A stretch of 64,000 nt of DNA, taken from NCBI GenBank assembly GCA_937921485.1, contig CAKZSV010000035.1, positions 5,949 to 69,948 on the forward strand, written 5' to 3'. Positions 55,213 through 63,739 of this stretch are shown in pieces. A model generated the notes under the pieces. It made no database searches, had not been told where the DNA came from, and was given only the letters and a program-made list of their open reading frames with translations. Source of the DNA: an uncultured bacterium (GTDB lineage: Bacteria > Spirochaetota > UBA4802 > JAGODF01). The position numbers and the translations under genes were made by a program. Position 1 is the first letter of the stretch. Each line of letters opens with the position of its first letter.

Positions 55213-55533
55213 TTATCTGAGATTCATAAGTTCGCGTACCGTACGGATAACTTCGTCCCGCACTGCTCTGGTGAAGCTCAGCGCGATTTCAGCCTTCTGG
55301 GAGGCAATCATCACCGTATGAATATTGACCGATTCAGGTTCGGTGATCATCCTCCTCGAAAGGTCTTCCGCCTCCACCTGGAGATTGTTGACGGTGCCGA
55401 TTGCCCTCGAAAGCGCTTGCGCAAATGTTCCGGCCGCATCATCGGTGGGTTCGGGCGTTCTTTCATCCCTGTAATGCTGCGGATGGGTTGCTTGCAACTT
55501 CACCACATGCCCCTGCGCGATACGAGTATCCAT
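55213..55533 (-). CDS. fliE: Flagellar hook-basal body protein FliE
   Basis: 106 aa. 'FAQALSRAIGTVNNLQ' and 'VMIASQKAEIALSFTRAVRDEVIRTVRELMNL'. Confidence 0.93.
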   Translation of the reverse strand: MDTRIAQGHVVKLQATHPQHYRDERTPEPTDDAAGTFAQALSRAIGTVNNLQVEAEDLSRRMITEPESVNIHTVMIASQKAEIALSFTRAVRDEVIRTVRELMNLR

Positions 55534-55551
55534 AACACTCCTCCTCTTTTG

Positions 55552-55695
55552 TCATTGTGCGTGATGCACCCCATGCGCCTGCCTCTGCGCCGCCATGGTA
55601 TAATCCTTGATTGCAAATTCGCGCTCCATATTCGCACGAATTGACAGTTCGTGTGATACGTGCAATTCCATTTTACCAGTCAGTTCTTTATACAT
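55552..55695 (-). CDS. Small hypothetical protein (47 aa) between flgC and fliE, absent from the ORF track
   Basis: AAGAGGAGG RBS overlaps the flgC stop, and the ATG lies 6 nt after the RBS. Translation: MYKELTGKMELHVSHELSIRANMEREFAIKDYTMAAQRQAHGVHHAQ. Its TGA is 18 nt before the fliE ATG. Confidence 0.6.
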   Translation of the reverse strand: MYKELTGKMELHVSHELSIRANMEREFAIKDYTMAAQRQAHGVHHAQ

Positions 55696-55708
55696 TGGAT
55701 ACCTCCTC

Positions 55709-56173
55709 TTATCCGGTTATTCTGCCGAGCTCAAGAGCTCTGTTGAACATGGTCCTTTCGCTTTGAATCATCGTGATATTTGCTTCATACGCGCGCGTCG
55801 CCGAAATGAGATCGGTCATTTCCGAAACCACATTCACGTTCGGCATTTCCACATACCCCTGCCGGGGTCCGGTCTGAATGGCGTCGGGATGCGAAGGATC
55901 GTACACCAGCCGATAGGGCGAACGGTCTTCTTCTATTTTGAGTACCCGGACACCTCTACCCAGGCCCGATTCGATGCGTTCGGGAACAAGGGGCGAGCGA
56001 TAATTCGGCCGGACATTGACCGGCGCAAAAATGGCTCTTCTGCGGCGGTAGGCCCCGCCCTCCGGCGTTCGGGTGGTGGTCGCATTTGCAATATTGTTGC
56101 TGATGACGTCCATCCGAAGACGCTGCGCCGTAAGCCCTGATGCAGCGATATTCATGCCATCAAACATTCCCAT
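55709..56173 (-). CDS. flgC: Flagellar basal-body rod protein FlgC
   Basis: 'SGLTAQRLRMDVISNNIANANTT'-type N-terminus ('ASGLTAQRLRMDVISNNIANATTTRT') and 'YVEMPNVNVVSEMTDLISATRAYEAN'. Confidence 0.96.
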   Translation of the reverse strand: MGMFDGMNIAASGLTAQRLRMDVISNNIANATTTRTPEGGAYRRRRAIFAPVNVRPNYRSPLVPERIESGLGRGVRVLKIEEDRSPYRLVYDPSHPDAIQTGPRQGYVEMPNVNVVSEMTDLISATRAYEANITMIQSERTMFNRALELGRITG

Positions 56174-56183
56174 CTACATGCTC

Positions 56184-56612
56184 CTAAATCTGCCGTATTG
56201 CGATCTTGAGCATCCGGAAATTATTGCTCAAGGATGCAATCATGGCGTTATAGCGCATCTGATTTTTCGATGCGTCCACAATTTCCTTTTCAATATCGAC
56301 ATTATTCCCATCGTTGCGCATGGTGGTGTTATAATCCAGATTGATCCGAGGCGATACCGACCGGATATCGCGCTCCACATAGAAAGGGATATGCCGCTCA
56401 TCACTCACCGCGCCGGGGTAGCGTGAATCCTGCGAATTATTATACTCAATCACCCTGCGAAGTTCGCTTTCAAAATTCACTTCACTGCGCTTGAAATGCG
56501 GCACATCAACGTTGGCAATATTGTTCGCAATCACCCTTCTTCGGAGCGATTCCACATCCAGGCCCCTCTCCAGCAGGTAGTTGAGCCTCATCATGCCGCT
56601 GTTTTCAAACAT
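56184..56612 (-). CDS. flgB: Flagellar basal-body rod protein FlgB
   Basis: 'LRRRVIANNIANVDVPHFKR' and 'VDIEKEIVDASKNQMRYNAM'. Confidence 0.95.
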   Translation of the reverse strand: MFENSGMMRLNYLLERGLDVESLRRRVIANNIANVDVPHFKRSEVNFESELRRVIEYNNSQDSRYPGAVSDERHIPFYVERDIRSVSPRINLDYNTTMRNDGNNVDIEKEIVDASKNQMRYNAMIASLSNNFRMLKIAIRQI

Positions 56613-56848
56613 ACCATCCCCCTTCTATCTTAGGTATAACATCGGAAAATTACAAAAATCCATAAGCGTTTTTTTGCGACATAAGAAAAAAAATGAATTT
56701 TCGGGATAAAAATTGTAATAGCTGGACAAACAGAGTTTTTATTTTGGATTACCTTAGGACTACATCGGTGTGGTGCGATCCCCCCAATTTTTACTTGACT
56801 GCCTTCGCACATATCCCTTACTATTTTTTTTGCCGATACTATGAATAC

Positions 56849-57244
56849 ATGAAGAATATCGCAGAAATCATCATCCATTGGAAGGAATTATCAGAGTACG
56901 ACCTTCTTACGGCTGAAGCACTTTTAAAAAGTGGCAGATATTTGTATGTTGGTTTTATGTGCCATCAAGCAATTGAAAAGATTTTCAAGGGATATTATCT
57001 TTATATCATTCACGAAACACCTCCTTACACGCATAATCTAACAAAACTGGCTAAAATGGGCAATTTTTACCAAGATTTACGCGATAAGGATAAGGAGCTT
57101 ATTGATTATCTTGAACCATTGAACATTGAAGCGCGCTATCCGACGGATAAAGCGAGACTCCTGAAAGAACTTACCCATACTAAATGTACTGAAATTTTCG
57201 AAAAAACTAAGGAATTTCATGGATGGATAATGACGAAATTCTAA
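56849..57244 (+). CDS. HEPN domain protein (classical HEPN type)
   Basis: 'WKELSEYDLLTAEALLKSGRYLYVGFMCHQAIEKIFKGYY' and 'LNIEARYPTD'. ATG 56849 is preferred over the tracked start at 56693. Confidence 0.8.
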   Translation: MKNIAEIIIHWKELSEYDLLTAEALLKSGRYLYVGFMCHQAIEKIFKGYYLYIIHETPPYTHNLTKLAKMGNFYQDLRDKDKELIDYLEPLNIEARYPTDKARLLKELTHTKCTEIFEKTKEFHGWIMTKF

Positions 57245-57540
57245 ATAAAGTCAATAAGTTTGCCAGATGCGTTATTGAAAACTATGATCCAGAAAAAATT
57301 ATACTTTTCGGTTCTTTCGCAAAGGGCAACGCGCGGGATGACAGTGATATCGACATAGCAATAATCGTCAATGCAATTGATGGGAATTTCCTTGAGCATA
57401 AAGCGAAATTATTTAAACTTAGGAGAGAAATTGATGAGATGATAGAACCAGTGCTTCTGGAAGCCAATAATGATAAAAGCGGATTTTTAACAGAAATTTT
57501 AAGGCATGGGAAAATTATTTATCAAAAACGGAAAGAATAA
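57223..57540 (+). CDS. Minimal nucleotidyltransferase (MNT), partner of the preceding HEPN protein
   Basis: 'IILFGSFAKGNARDDSDIDIAIIV'. Overlaps the HEPN 3' end by 22 nt. Confidence 0.85.
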   Translation: MDNDEILNKVNKFARCVIENYDPEKIILFGSFAKGNARDDSDIDIAIIVNAIDGNFLEHKAKLFKLRREIDEMIEPVLLEANNDKSGFLTEILRHGKIIYQKRKE

Positions 57541-57694
57541 ACGTATATGGAAACTACTAAAACTAATTGCAAGAATGATATCGTGGGGGCACACTGCGCA
57601 GGGGAAAAATCCATTGTAATGCTATTGCAGTATGGTATGAAAAACGCGATTTGCGATATGCTCATAATCCTTGCAAACGGAACGGCTTGATTTC

Positions 57695-59224
57695 ATGAAA
57701 ACGAAAACACAATCAATTGCAATCGCATTGCTTCTTATGGTAGTGCTGCTTGCGGGCTATTTCTTTATACGCCCCGGCCTGTACGAAAAGGAATACACCG
57801 GCCGCCTCTTGAGGCAATGCGATGAAATTTCACAAAAACTCACCCGCTTTGAAAGCAACCGTGAATTCGGCAAGAAGGATTATCCGAAGCTTTTCGAAGG
57901 GGTAAATAAAATCCACGGGCCGCTGGAATATTTCGCGGTATTCGATGCGTTAAATGCGAAAATCTTCGCTTTCACGCTCGACAGGGAAAGCGAGCTTTTT
58001 TATTCCATCACCCAGGACATCGCTGCAGGAAAAATCAAAGCAGAAGAAAAGCCACTTGTCCGCTTCTACAACCAGAAAAAATTCTTTATTTTTGTAAAAA
58101 ATGTTCCGGGCGGCACGCTTGCCCTTTCCTACCGATTCGAACCGACCAGGAAAGATATCATCCGGCTGGGGCTCGAAATAACGTTGCTGATACTTATGTC
58201 TATCTTTTTTGCCGCGGCAGTTCATCTGTACCGATATCGATCGGGCAAAATTCCTGCCGAAGTGCATCGTGTGGTGAAAGTCGGCAATTCTTCCAGGATC
58301 GATATACCCGATTTTGAAGGCAAAAAGAACGAAATAAGCGCAAGCGCGACTGAACGCCTCAAATCGTATGTGTTTGAACTGTTTTCGAATATTTCTTCGA
58401 GCTATGCGCCTGACGCCATTTCGGTGTATGTGATGAACCGCGAATCGACCCGGATGTCGAAGACTTTCGAAATGAAAGGGAAAAGCTTCATTACCATAGA
58501 CTCACCCGATCTCGATGTTATTCACCTGCAGAACGACATCGGCAAGGAACTGCAGCGTTCCTCGGTGCTCGTGCTTTCAAACAGCATGCGGCTGCTTATT
58601 CCAATCATGTATCGGAACACTCTTCTGGGCGCAGTAAACATTGTAAGGGGCGTGCCGTTTCAGGGCCTTGAAATCAAAGAGATACGATCACTTTTCGGGA
58701 CACTGGCTCAGTTTCTCAGCGAATACATTCTGTATCACGATGTTGTTGTTGATGCAACCACCGGCCTTTACACCAATTTTTATTTTCTTCTGAAATACGA
58801 AGAGCTTCTGCGCGAGGTTTCTCATGGCGGACAGTTTGCCGTTCTTGCGATTGCGCTGATGAGGGAAAGCCTTCCACAGGGAGTTGCAATCGGCGACATT
58901 ACACGTGCCATCGCAAAAAAGCTTTTCGATAAAATCGGCAAAAACAGCATCGCCAGTTTGTATGATGACACACTTCGGATCATCCTTCCAGGCGCGGATA
59001 AAGACAGCGCACTGAAGATTGCGCAGGCGCTTCTTGCATCTCTTTCTGGCCTTGCGGTAAAAACCGAGAGCGGCAAAATCGTGCTCCAGCCCGTCATCGG
59101 CCTTGCCGCCACTACCATGCCCGGCTGCGCGGAAAACCCGCTTGAGGCCGCCCGCGCAAATGTAGAGTATGCGCGTACCACAGATGAATCAAATCTTGAG
59201 TTTTCCCGGATAAAAAATATTTGA
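57695..59224 (+). CDS. Membrane sensor with a periplasmic loop, a GAF-like region and a degenerate GGDEF domain
   Basis: Two TM helices. 'VVDATTGLYTNFYF' resembles the D-x-LTGL-xNRR start of a GGDEF domain, but 'SLYDDTLRIILPG' sits where the GG(D/E)EF motif is expected. ATG 57695 is preferred over TTG 57671. Confidence 0.75.
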   Translation: MKTKTQSIAIALLLMVVLLAGYFFIRPGLYEKEYTGRLLRQCDEISQKLTRFESNREFGKKDYPKLFEGVNKIHGPLEYFAVFDALNAKIFAFTLDRESELFYSITQDIAAGKIKAEEKPLVRFYNQKKFFIFVKNVPGGTLALSYRFEPTRKDIIRLGLEITLLILMSIFFAAAVHLYRYRSGKIPAEVHRVVKVGNSSRIDIPDFEGKKNEISASATERLKSYVFELFSNISSSYAPDAISVYVMNRESTRMSKTFEMKGKSFITIDSPDLDVIHLQNDIGKELQRSSVLVLSNSMRLLIPIMYRNTLLGAVNIVRGVPFQGLEIKEIRSLFGTLAQFLSEYILYHDVVVDATTGLYTNFYFLLKYEELLREVSHGGQFAVLAIALMRESLPQGVAIGDITRAIAKKLFDKIGKNSIASLYDDTLRIILPGADKDSALKIAQALLASLSGLAVKTESGKIVLQPVIGLAATTMPGCAENPLEAARANVEYARTTDESNLEFSRIKNI

Positions 59225-59240
59225 GGCTGATACACGAAAA

Positions 59241-59270
59241 GCCGGCCGCGTGAGAAACATCACGGCCGGC
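59241..59270. terminator. GC-rich hairpin between convergent genes (probable bidirectional terminator)
   Basis: GCCGGCCGCGTGA-GAAACA-TCACGGCCGGC. The flanking T/A runs are weak. Confidence 0.55.
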
Positions 59271-59281
59271 ATCATTTCTAA

Positions 59282-61192
59282 TTAAAACACTCCTTTTACG
59301 CCTGCATAAAAGCTTCTTTTCGGCATCGCGTAGCCAACAACCTGCTGATACTCTTTATTTGTAATGTTTTCCGCTTTCGCAGTGATGGTGAGCTGAGGGG
59401 TAAGCGCGTAGTGCGCGGCAATATCCGCTTTCACATAGCTTTCATTTTCCACCTTAACAGTTGTAAAGCTTGTTGAATCATAATACGAATCGTTTCGTTT
59501 GCCGATATAGCTGCCGGTGGAGGTGACTGTGAGCTTTGCAACCGAAACACTCACAGAAGCAAAAGCCTGATGCTTCGGCCTGCGCAGCAACTGTTCGTCC
59601 GTATCTTCATCAATTGCTGTAAGGTAGGTATAACCACCCGCGATCGCAATAAACTCTGCGGGTGTAATTGTCGCCGAAGCTTCGTACCCGCTCGTTTTTA
59701 CTCTGCCGACATTGATATATTTTGAGGGAAAGGAAGTATCCGCAACAATCATGTTTCGATACCTGTGTGCAAAATATCCCGCGCTTATGGTCGCGATGTT
59801 CAGAATTGGCTGTTCAATACCGGCGTCGAAGCCGGTATTCTCTTCCGGTTTTAAATCTTTATTTTCCTGTACATACACGCCGCCGTCGCCGTAGATCTGA
59901 TACAAACTCGGCGCTTTGTATCCTTTGCCCCAGTTGCCTTTAAGCTTTGTCCGCACTACCGGCACCACAACAGCGGATGATGCGGTGTAGCTTTGCTGCC
60001 ATCCGAATACCTCATGCTTGTCGGCCCTTGCTCCGGCGGTTACATACAGCATTTTCGCAATGCTCAGATGATCCTGGGCAAAAAAGCCAGCAGTCCAGGA
60101 ATTCTTTTTAAGCGTGGTATCGTTGAGTTCATCATCAAATCGGTATTTTTCTTTATCAAGGCTTGCTCCCACCAGCAAAGTGGTGAGGTCTTTTAGGGTG
60201 AAGGTGTGCAGCCATTCGCCATGGGCCATGGTGCCTGTGTAGGCAGAATCCATTCCGAAGTCATCGAATCCAAGCGCGCCATCGTCATCGAAGTCATCGT
60301 AGCGGCGTTTCGTTTGCGATCCGTCAACGGTGATGCTGTGCTTCCAGAAATCTGCAACTGTGTGCGTGACCCGCAGATATCCGGAAAACTCCTTTCGATT
60401 TTCAAATGAATTTTGGTCATCTAAAAATGCGCCATCGTCCAGATCGAGATCGGTCCGTTTGGCGGTAAAACCGAGGTCTATGCTGAGCGGTTCAAAGGGA
60501 TTGAAGCCGAAACGCCCCGCCGCGAAGCGCTGATAAAAGCCATCATCGTCGAATGGTTTTTTTGCGGCATCAGGTTTTGCTGCCCTGGAATAGCCCTGTG
60601 AAGCAATCTGGCCAAGCGTGAGAGAATAATGAAATGCGTTTTCCCCGCCTGCTATATTTGCGGAAAGCTGGTTGGTGTAAAATGAACCGCCGGACGCCGC
60701 AATGGTCGCAGTCGCTTTGCCCTGCCCCTTTTTCGTCACAATGTTAATGATGCCACCGGTTGCGTCGGAACCATACAGCACGCTCTGCGGTCCTTTGACA
60801 ATTTCAATGCGTTCAATAGCATCGACTGAGAGCGTACCAAAATCGAAGGTGCGTTCGATAGTCGATGGATCATTTACTTTCACACCATCGACAAGCACCG
60901 CCATATTTCCCGTCTTCGCACCGCGAATAAAGACGCTTGCCGTGCCGCCGAGTGCACCGTTTTGCGTCACCATCAGTCCCGGCACCGTCTGAAGCGCGTC
61001 AACCGCGAACGCGTAGCCGCCCTTCTCAAGATCCTTTCTGGTGATAACGCTCGCCGATGCGCTTTGGCCAATCGGCATATCCATTTTGTAGGCGCTCACC
61101 ACCACGTCCTCAAGCGGAATTTCATTTTCCGCATAGGCCATGGACGGGATAACGCCGATGAGCAATAAAAACACTGCCAAAAATCTGTACAT
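59282..61192 (-). CDS. TonB-dependent outer-membrane receptor (BtuB-like, inferred from the upstream riboswitch)
   Basis: 636 aa. Signal peptide, plug 'DVVVSAYKMDMPIGQSASASVITRKDLEK', 'IERIEIVKGPQSVLYGSDATGGIINI', and a terminal '...YAGVKGVF'. Confidence 0.92.
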   Translation of the reverse strand: MYRFLAVFLLLIGVIPSMAYAENEIPLEDVVVSAYKMDMPIGQSASASVITRKDLEKGGYAFAVDALQTVPGLMVTQNGALGGTASVFIRGAKTGNMAVLVDGVKVNDPSTIERTFDFGTLSVDAIERIEIVKGPQSVLYGSDATGGIINIVTKKGQGKATATIAASGGSFYTNQLSANIAGGENAFHYSLTLGQIASQGYSRAAKPDAAKKPFDDDGFYQRFAAGRFGFNPFEPLSIDLGFTAKRTDLDLDDGAFLDDQNSFENRKEFSGYLRVTHTVADFWKHSITVDGSQTKRRYDDFDDDGALGFDDFGMDSAYTGTMAHGEWLHTFTLKDLTTLLVGASLDKEKYRFDDELNDTTLKKNSWTAGFFAQDHLSIAKMLYVTAGARADKHEVFGWQQSYTASSAVVVPVVRTKLKGNWGKGYKAPSLYQIYGDGGVYVQENKDLKPEENTGFDAGIEQPILNIATISAGYFAHRYRNMIVADTSFPSKYINVGRVKTSGYEASATITPAEFIAIAGGYTYLTAIDEDTDEQLLRRPKHQAFASVSVSVAKLTVTSTGSYIGKRNDSYYDSTSFTTVKVENESYVKADIAAHYALTPQLTITAKAENITNKEYQQVVGYAMPKRSFYAGVKGVF

Positions 61193-61242
61193 AGTACCTC
61201 CTCATAGGTGAAGATGATGTAACTGGATTGAGGAGGCGGGAT

Positions 61243-61440
61243 CCAAAAATAAAACGCATGCTCGAGGCATGCGGTGATGGTTAGAATCAAGGAGACTTGA
61301 TGCTAACTGGCTCCCAACCCTCGAGGATATCCAGCATAATGGAGTTCCTGGCTTTTTCGCGCAGGCGAAATCACAGTTGCGGGTCAGCGCGGGATTTTCA
61401 CCCGACTTCCTCCAGCTTCGCGCTTCTGCGCAAAGCAAGA
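61243..61440 (-). promoter_or_regulatory. Cobalamin (AdoCbl) riboswitch with a terminator expression platform
   Basis: The minus strand reads 'GGAGGAAGTCGGGTGAAAATCCCGCGCTGACCCGCAACTGTGA', which is the conserved core, and the B12-box-like 'AAGCCAGGAACTCC'. These are followed by hairpin GCATGC-CTCGA-GCATGC plus GTTTTATTTTT (61243-61272), about 50 nt upstream of the receptor ATG. Confidence 0.85.
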
Positions 61441-61654
61441 ACCATGTATTACGCACTAATTCACAGCGTCAACATTTTTTCAGCAATTCAGGTTACCACA
61501 TCGCCTTCTATTCGATGCAATGAATTATACACTACTTTTGAAAATGTTCTTGCAATTGATTCCAATCTCTGCACGATTGCCACGAAAGATATCTGATATA
61601 GAAATCCTTTTCATACAAAGAAACATATACTCTTATTAAGGAGAACGTATTCCC

Positions 61655-63013
61655 ATGAGCAATGCATCCGAAACACAAGTAAAAAAGACCCTCGGCCTGT
61701 TTGATGTTATCATGATCACGATAGGCATTGTGATTGGTTCCGGTATTTTTAAGCTGCCGGGCTACGTGGCCAAAAGCTCGCCGAGCGAAACGGCCTTCAT
61801 TCTTGCCTGGGTCGCGGGAGGGCTAATGTCGATTATCGGAGCGCTGTGCTACGCGGAATTGGCCTCCGCATATCCGAATACCGGCGGGGATTATTATTTT
61901 ATTCACCGGGCATACGGCGACTTCATGTCGTTCCTTTTTGCCTGGGCACGCATGACGGTCATTCAGACAGGGTCCATCGCTTTTTTGGGATTCTTCATCG
62001 GCGATTTTCTTTCCGAGATGTATTCACTTGGCGCCTATTCCTCATCCATATATGCCATCATCACCGTCGTCTTGCTTACGATCATAAATATCTTCGGCAT
62101 AAAGCAGGGCAAGTGGGCACAGAATCTTTTCACCATCGCAATCGTGACATCCATGCTCATGATTGTGGCAATCGGCTTCGGCGGCACACCGGCGCCACAG
62201 GATCCATCCGCCGCTCACACCCCATCGATGAGCCTGGGTATGGCAATGGTTTTCGTGCTGCTTGCATTCGGGGGCTGGAACGAAGCAGCATACGTATCGG
62301 CTGAAATCAAAGATCCGGAAAAAAATATCGTTAAATCACTCATCATTGGCCTTTGCGCGGTCACGATAATCTATCTTTTGATGAACTTCGCATATCTGCG
62401 CATTTTAGGCCTGAAAGGAATGGCGGCCTCATCCAATGTCGCCATCGATCTGGTAAAGGCTACGCTCGGGGAAAAGTTTATACCTATCATCACTCTCAGT
62501 GTGGCATTTGCGGTGCTCAGCACCACCAACGCCACCATCATATCGGGGGGCAGAGGTAATTACGCACTCGGGCGCGACTTCAAGGTATTCGGCTTCCTGG
62601 GCAAATGGAACGAAAAATCCCAAACTCCAGCTATTGCCCTGGCCGCTCAGGGAATTATTGCGATAATCCTCATTCTCATTGCAAACAAAATCGACCGCAA
62701 CACCGGTTTCGAGACCATGGTTGCCTACACCACACCGGTCTTCTGGTTTTTCTTCTTTCTGGCGGGAATTTCGCTTTTCATCCTTCGCCACTGGGACAAA
62801 TCTGCGGTACGACCTTTCAAGGTGCCCCTGTATCCGATTATTCCAATTACATTCGTCGCAATCGGCCTGTATATGCTGAACAACGGATTTGATTACATAC
62901 GTCTTCTTCCGCATATCGGCATGTATTCAGGAGTCGGTGCGGTCATCGGCGTTGGGGTGTTGCTGCTCGGCATTCCTCTGTATCTCATTAATGGGAAAAT
63001 GGAAAAGAAATAA
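61655..63013 (+). CDS. APC-family amino acid permease
   Basis: 452 aa, about 12 TM. 'LGLFDVIMITIGIVIGSGIFKLPG' and 'YAELASAYPNTGGDYYF'. AAGGAG RBS. Confidence 0.92.
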   Translation: MSNASETQVKKTLGLFDVIMITIGIVIGSGIFKLPGYVAKSSPSETAFILAWVAGGLMSIIGALCYAELASAYPNTGGDYYFIHRAYGDFMSFLFAWARMTVIQTGSIAFLGFFIGDFLSEMYSLGAYSSSIYAIITVVLLTIINIFGIKQGKWAQNLFTIAIVTSMLMIVAIGFGGTPAPQDPSAAHTPSMSLGMAMVFVLLAFGGWNEAAYVSAEIKDPEKNIVKSLIIGLCAVTIIYLLMNFAYLRILGLKGMAASSNVAIDLVKATLGEKFIPIITLSVAFAVLSTTNATIISGGRGNYALGRDFKVFGFLGKWNEKSQTPAIALAAQGIIAIILILIANKIDRNTGFETMVAYTTPVFWFFFFLAGISLFILRHWDKSAVRPFKVPLYPIIPITFVAIGLYMLNNGFDYIRLLPHIGMYSGVGAVIGVGVLLLGIPLYLINGKMEKK

Positions 63014-63033
63014 TAGCGTAGGGAAGAATTTAG

Positions 63034-63441
63034 TTATTTCACACCTTTCCCGAGGAAAAAATCGCGGTACTTCTTATCGCTGCCGAGGATGTGCTTCGTG
63101 AGCCAATCCTTTAAGAAATTCATCAGTTCCAGAGAAAACGAAACCTTTCCTGCCTGGTATCGCCCGGCGAAATCCATAACTTGTGCGGTCAGCTCATCAT
63201 GCTCGGCCTTATGTTTCGCATAGTCGGGATAATCATACAATGTCATGTATTCTTCCTCATGTCGGAAATGAATTTTTGTATAATTCACCAGGCTTTTTAG
63301 AATATCCTCCATCGTTTTTTTTGCACTGCCGGATGAAAGGGCCTGGCTCAGCTTGTTCACAAGGTTTATGAGTTGTTTATGTTCTTTATCGAACACCTCA
63401 ACGCCAACACTGAGGCCATCACTCCATTCAATGAATGCCAT
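63034..63441 (-). CDS. Bacteriohemerythrin (hemerythrin-like metal-binding protein)
   Basis: 'IEWSDGLSVGVEVFDKEHKQLINLVNKL', 'HFRHEEEYM' and 'HKAEHDEL' (His/Glu iron ligands). Confidence 0.92.
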   Translation of the reverse strand: MAFIEWSDGLSVGVEVFDKEHKQLINLVNKLSQALSSGSAKKTMEDILKSLVNYTKIHFRHEEEYMTLYDYPDYAKHKAEHDELTAQVMDFAGRYQAGKVSFSLELMNFLKDWLTKHILGSDKKYRDFFLGKGVK

Positions 63442-63587
63442 ATTTCCTCCCTTGAAATATAATATTAATATGTTAAAATTATAGCAATTTTCAGAAAAAA
63501 ATCAAAATTTCAATATTATGGAAATACAGAGATTCACCCGCAATTATTATTTATCGACGTAAAACAGGTGAGCTTAGTCGGTGCCAA

Positions 63588-63680
63588 CAGGATTAGCAGG
63601 ATTCCAAGGATTTCACCCTTCGCATTTCTTGATGTTCATCCTATTTATTCTATTTATCCTGCTTATCCTGTCTATCCTGT
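63588..63680. repeat. Two opposed arrays of 9-bp-periodic repeats sharing the core ATCCTG
   Basis: Left arm: CAGGATTAG, CAGGATTCC, AAGGATTTC (63588-63614). Right arm: five contiguous 9-mers TCATCCTAT, TTATTCTAT, TTATCCTGC, TTATCCTGT, CTATCCTGT (63636-63680). The arms are inverted relative to each other. Confidence 0.9.
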
Positions 63681-63739
63681 TAAGCCAATAATTTCGCAGC
63701 TACATATACCCTCTTATTATGAACGCCCGCATTCAATAC

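Noticed and set aside
56613-56720. Sigma28 (TAAA-N15-GCCGATAA) promoter upstream of flgB
   Set aside because: Only a partial 'TCCGATGT' match exists, with no acceptable -35 element. A TGnTATACC extended -10 is possible but weak. It is not reported as a feature.
63636-63680. Chromosomal origin (DnaA-box cluster)
   Set aside because: The 9-mers match only TTATCC of TTATCCACA. No dnaA, dnaN or gyrB context or AT-rich unwinding element is evident. I keep it only as a minor alternative under the repeat finding.
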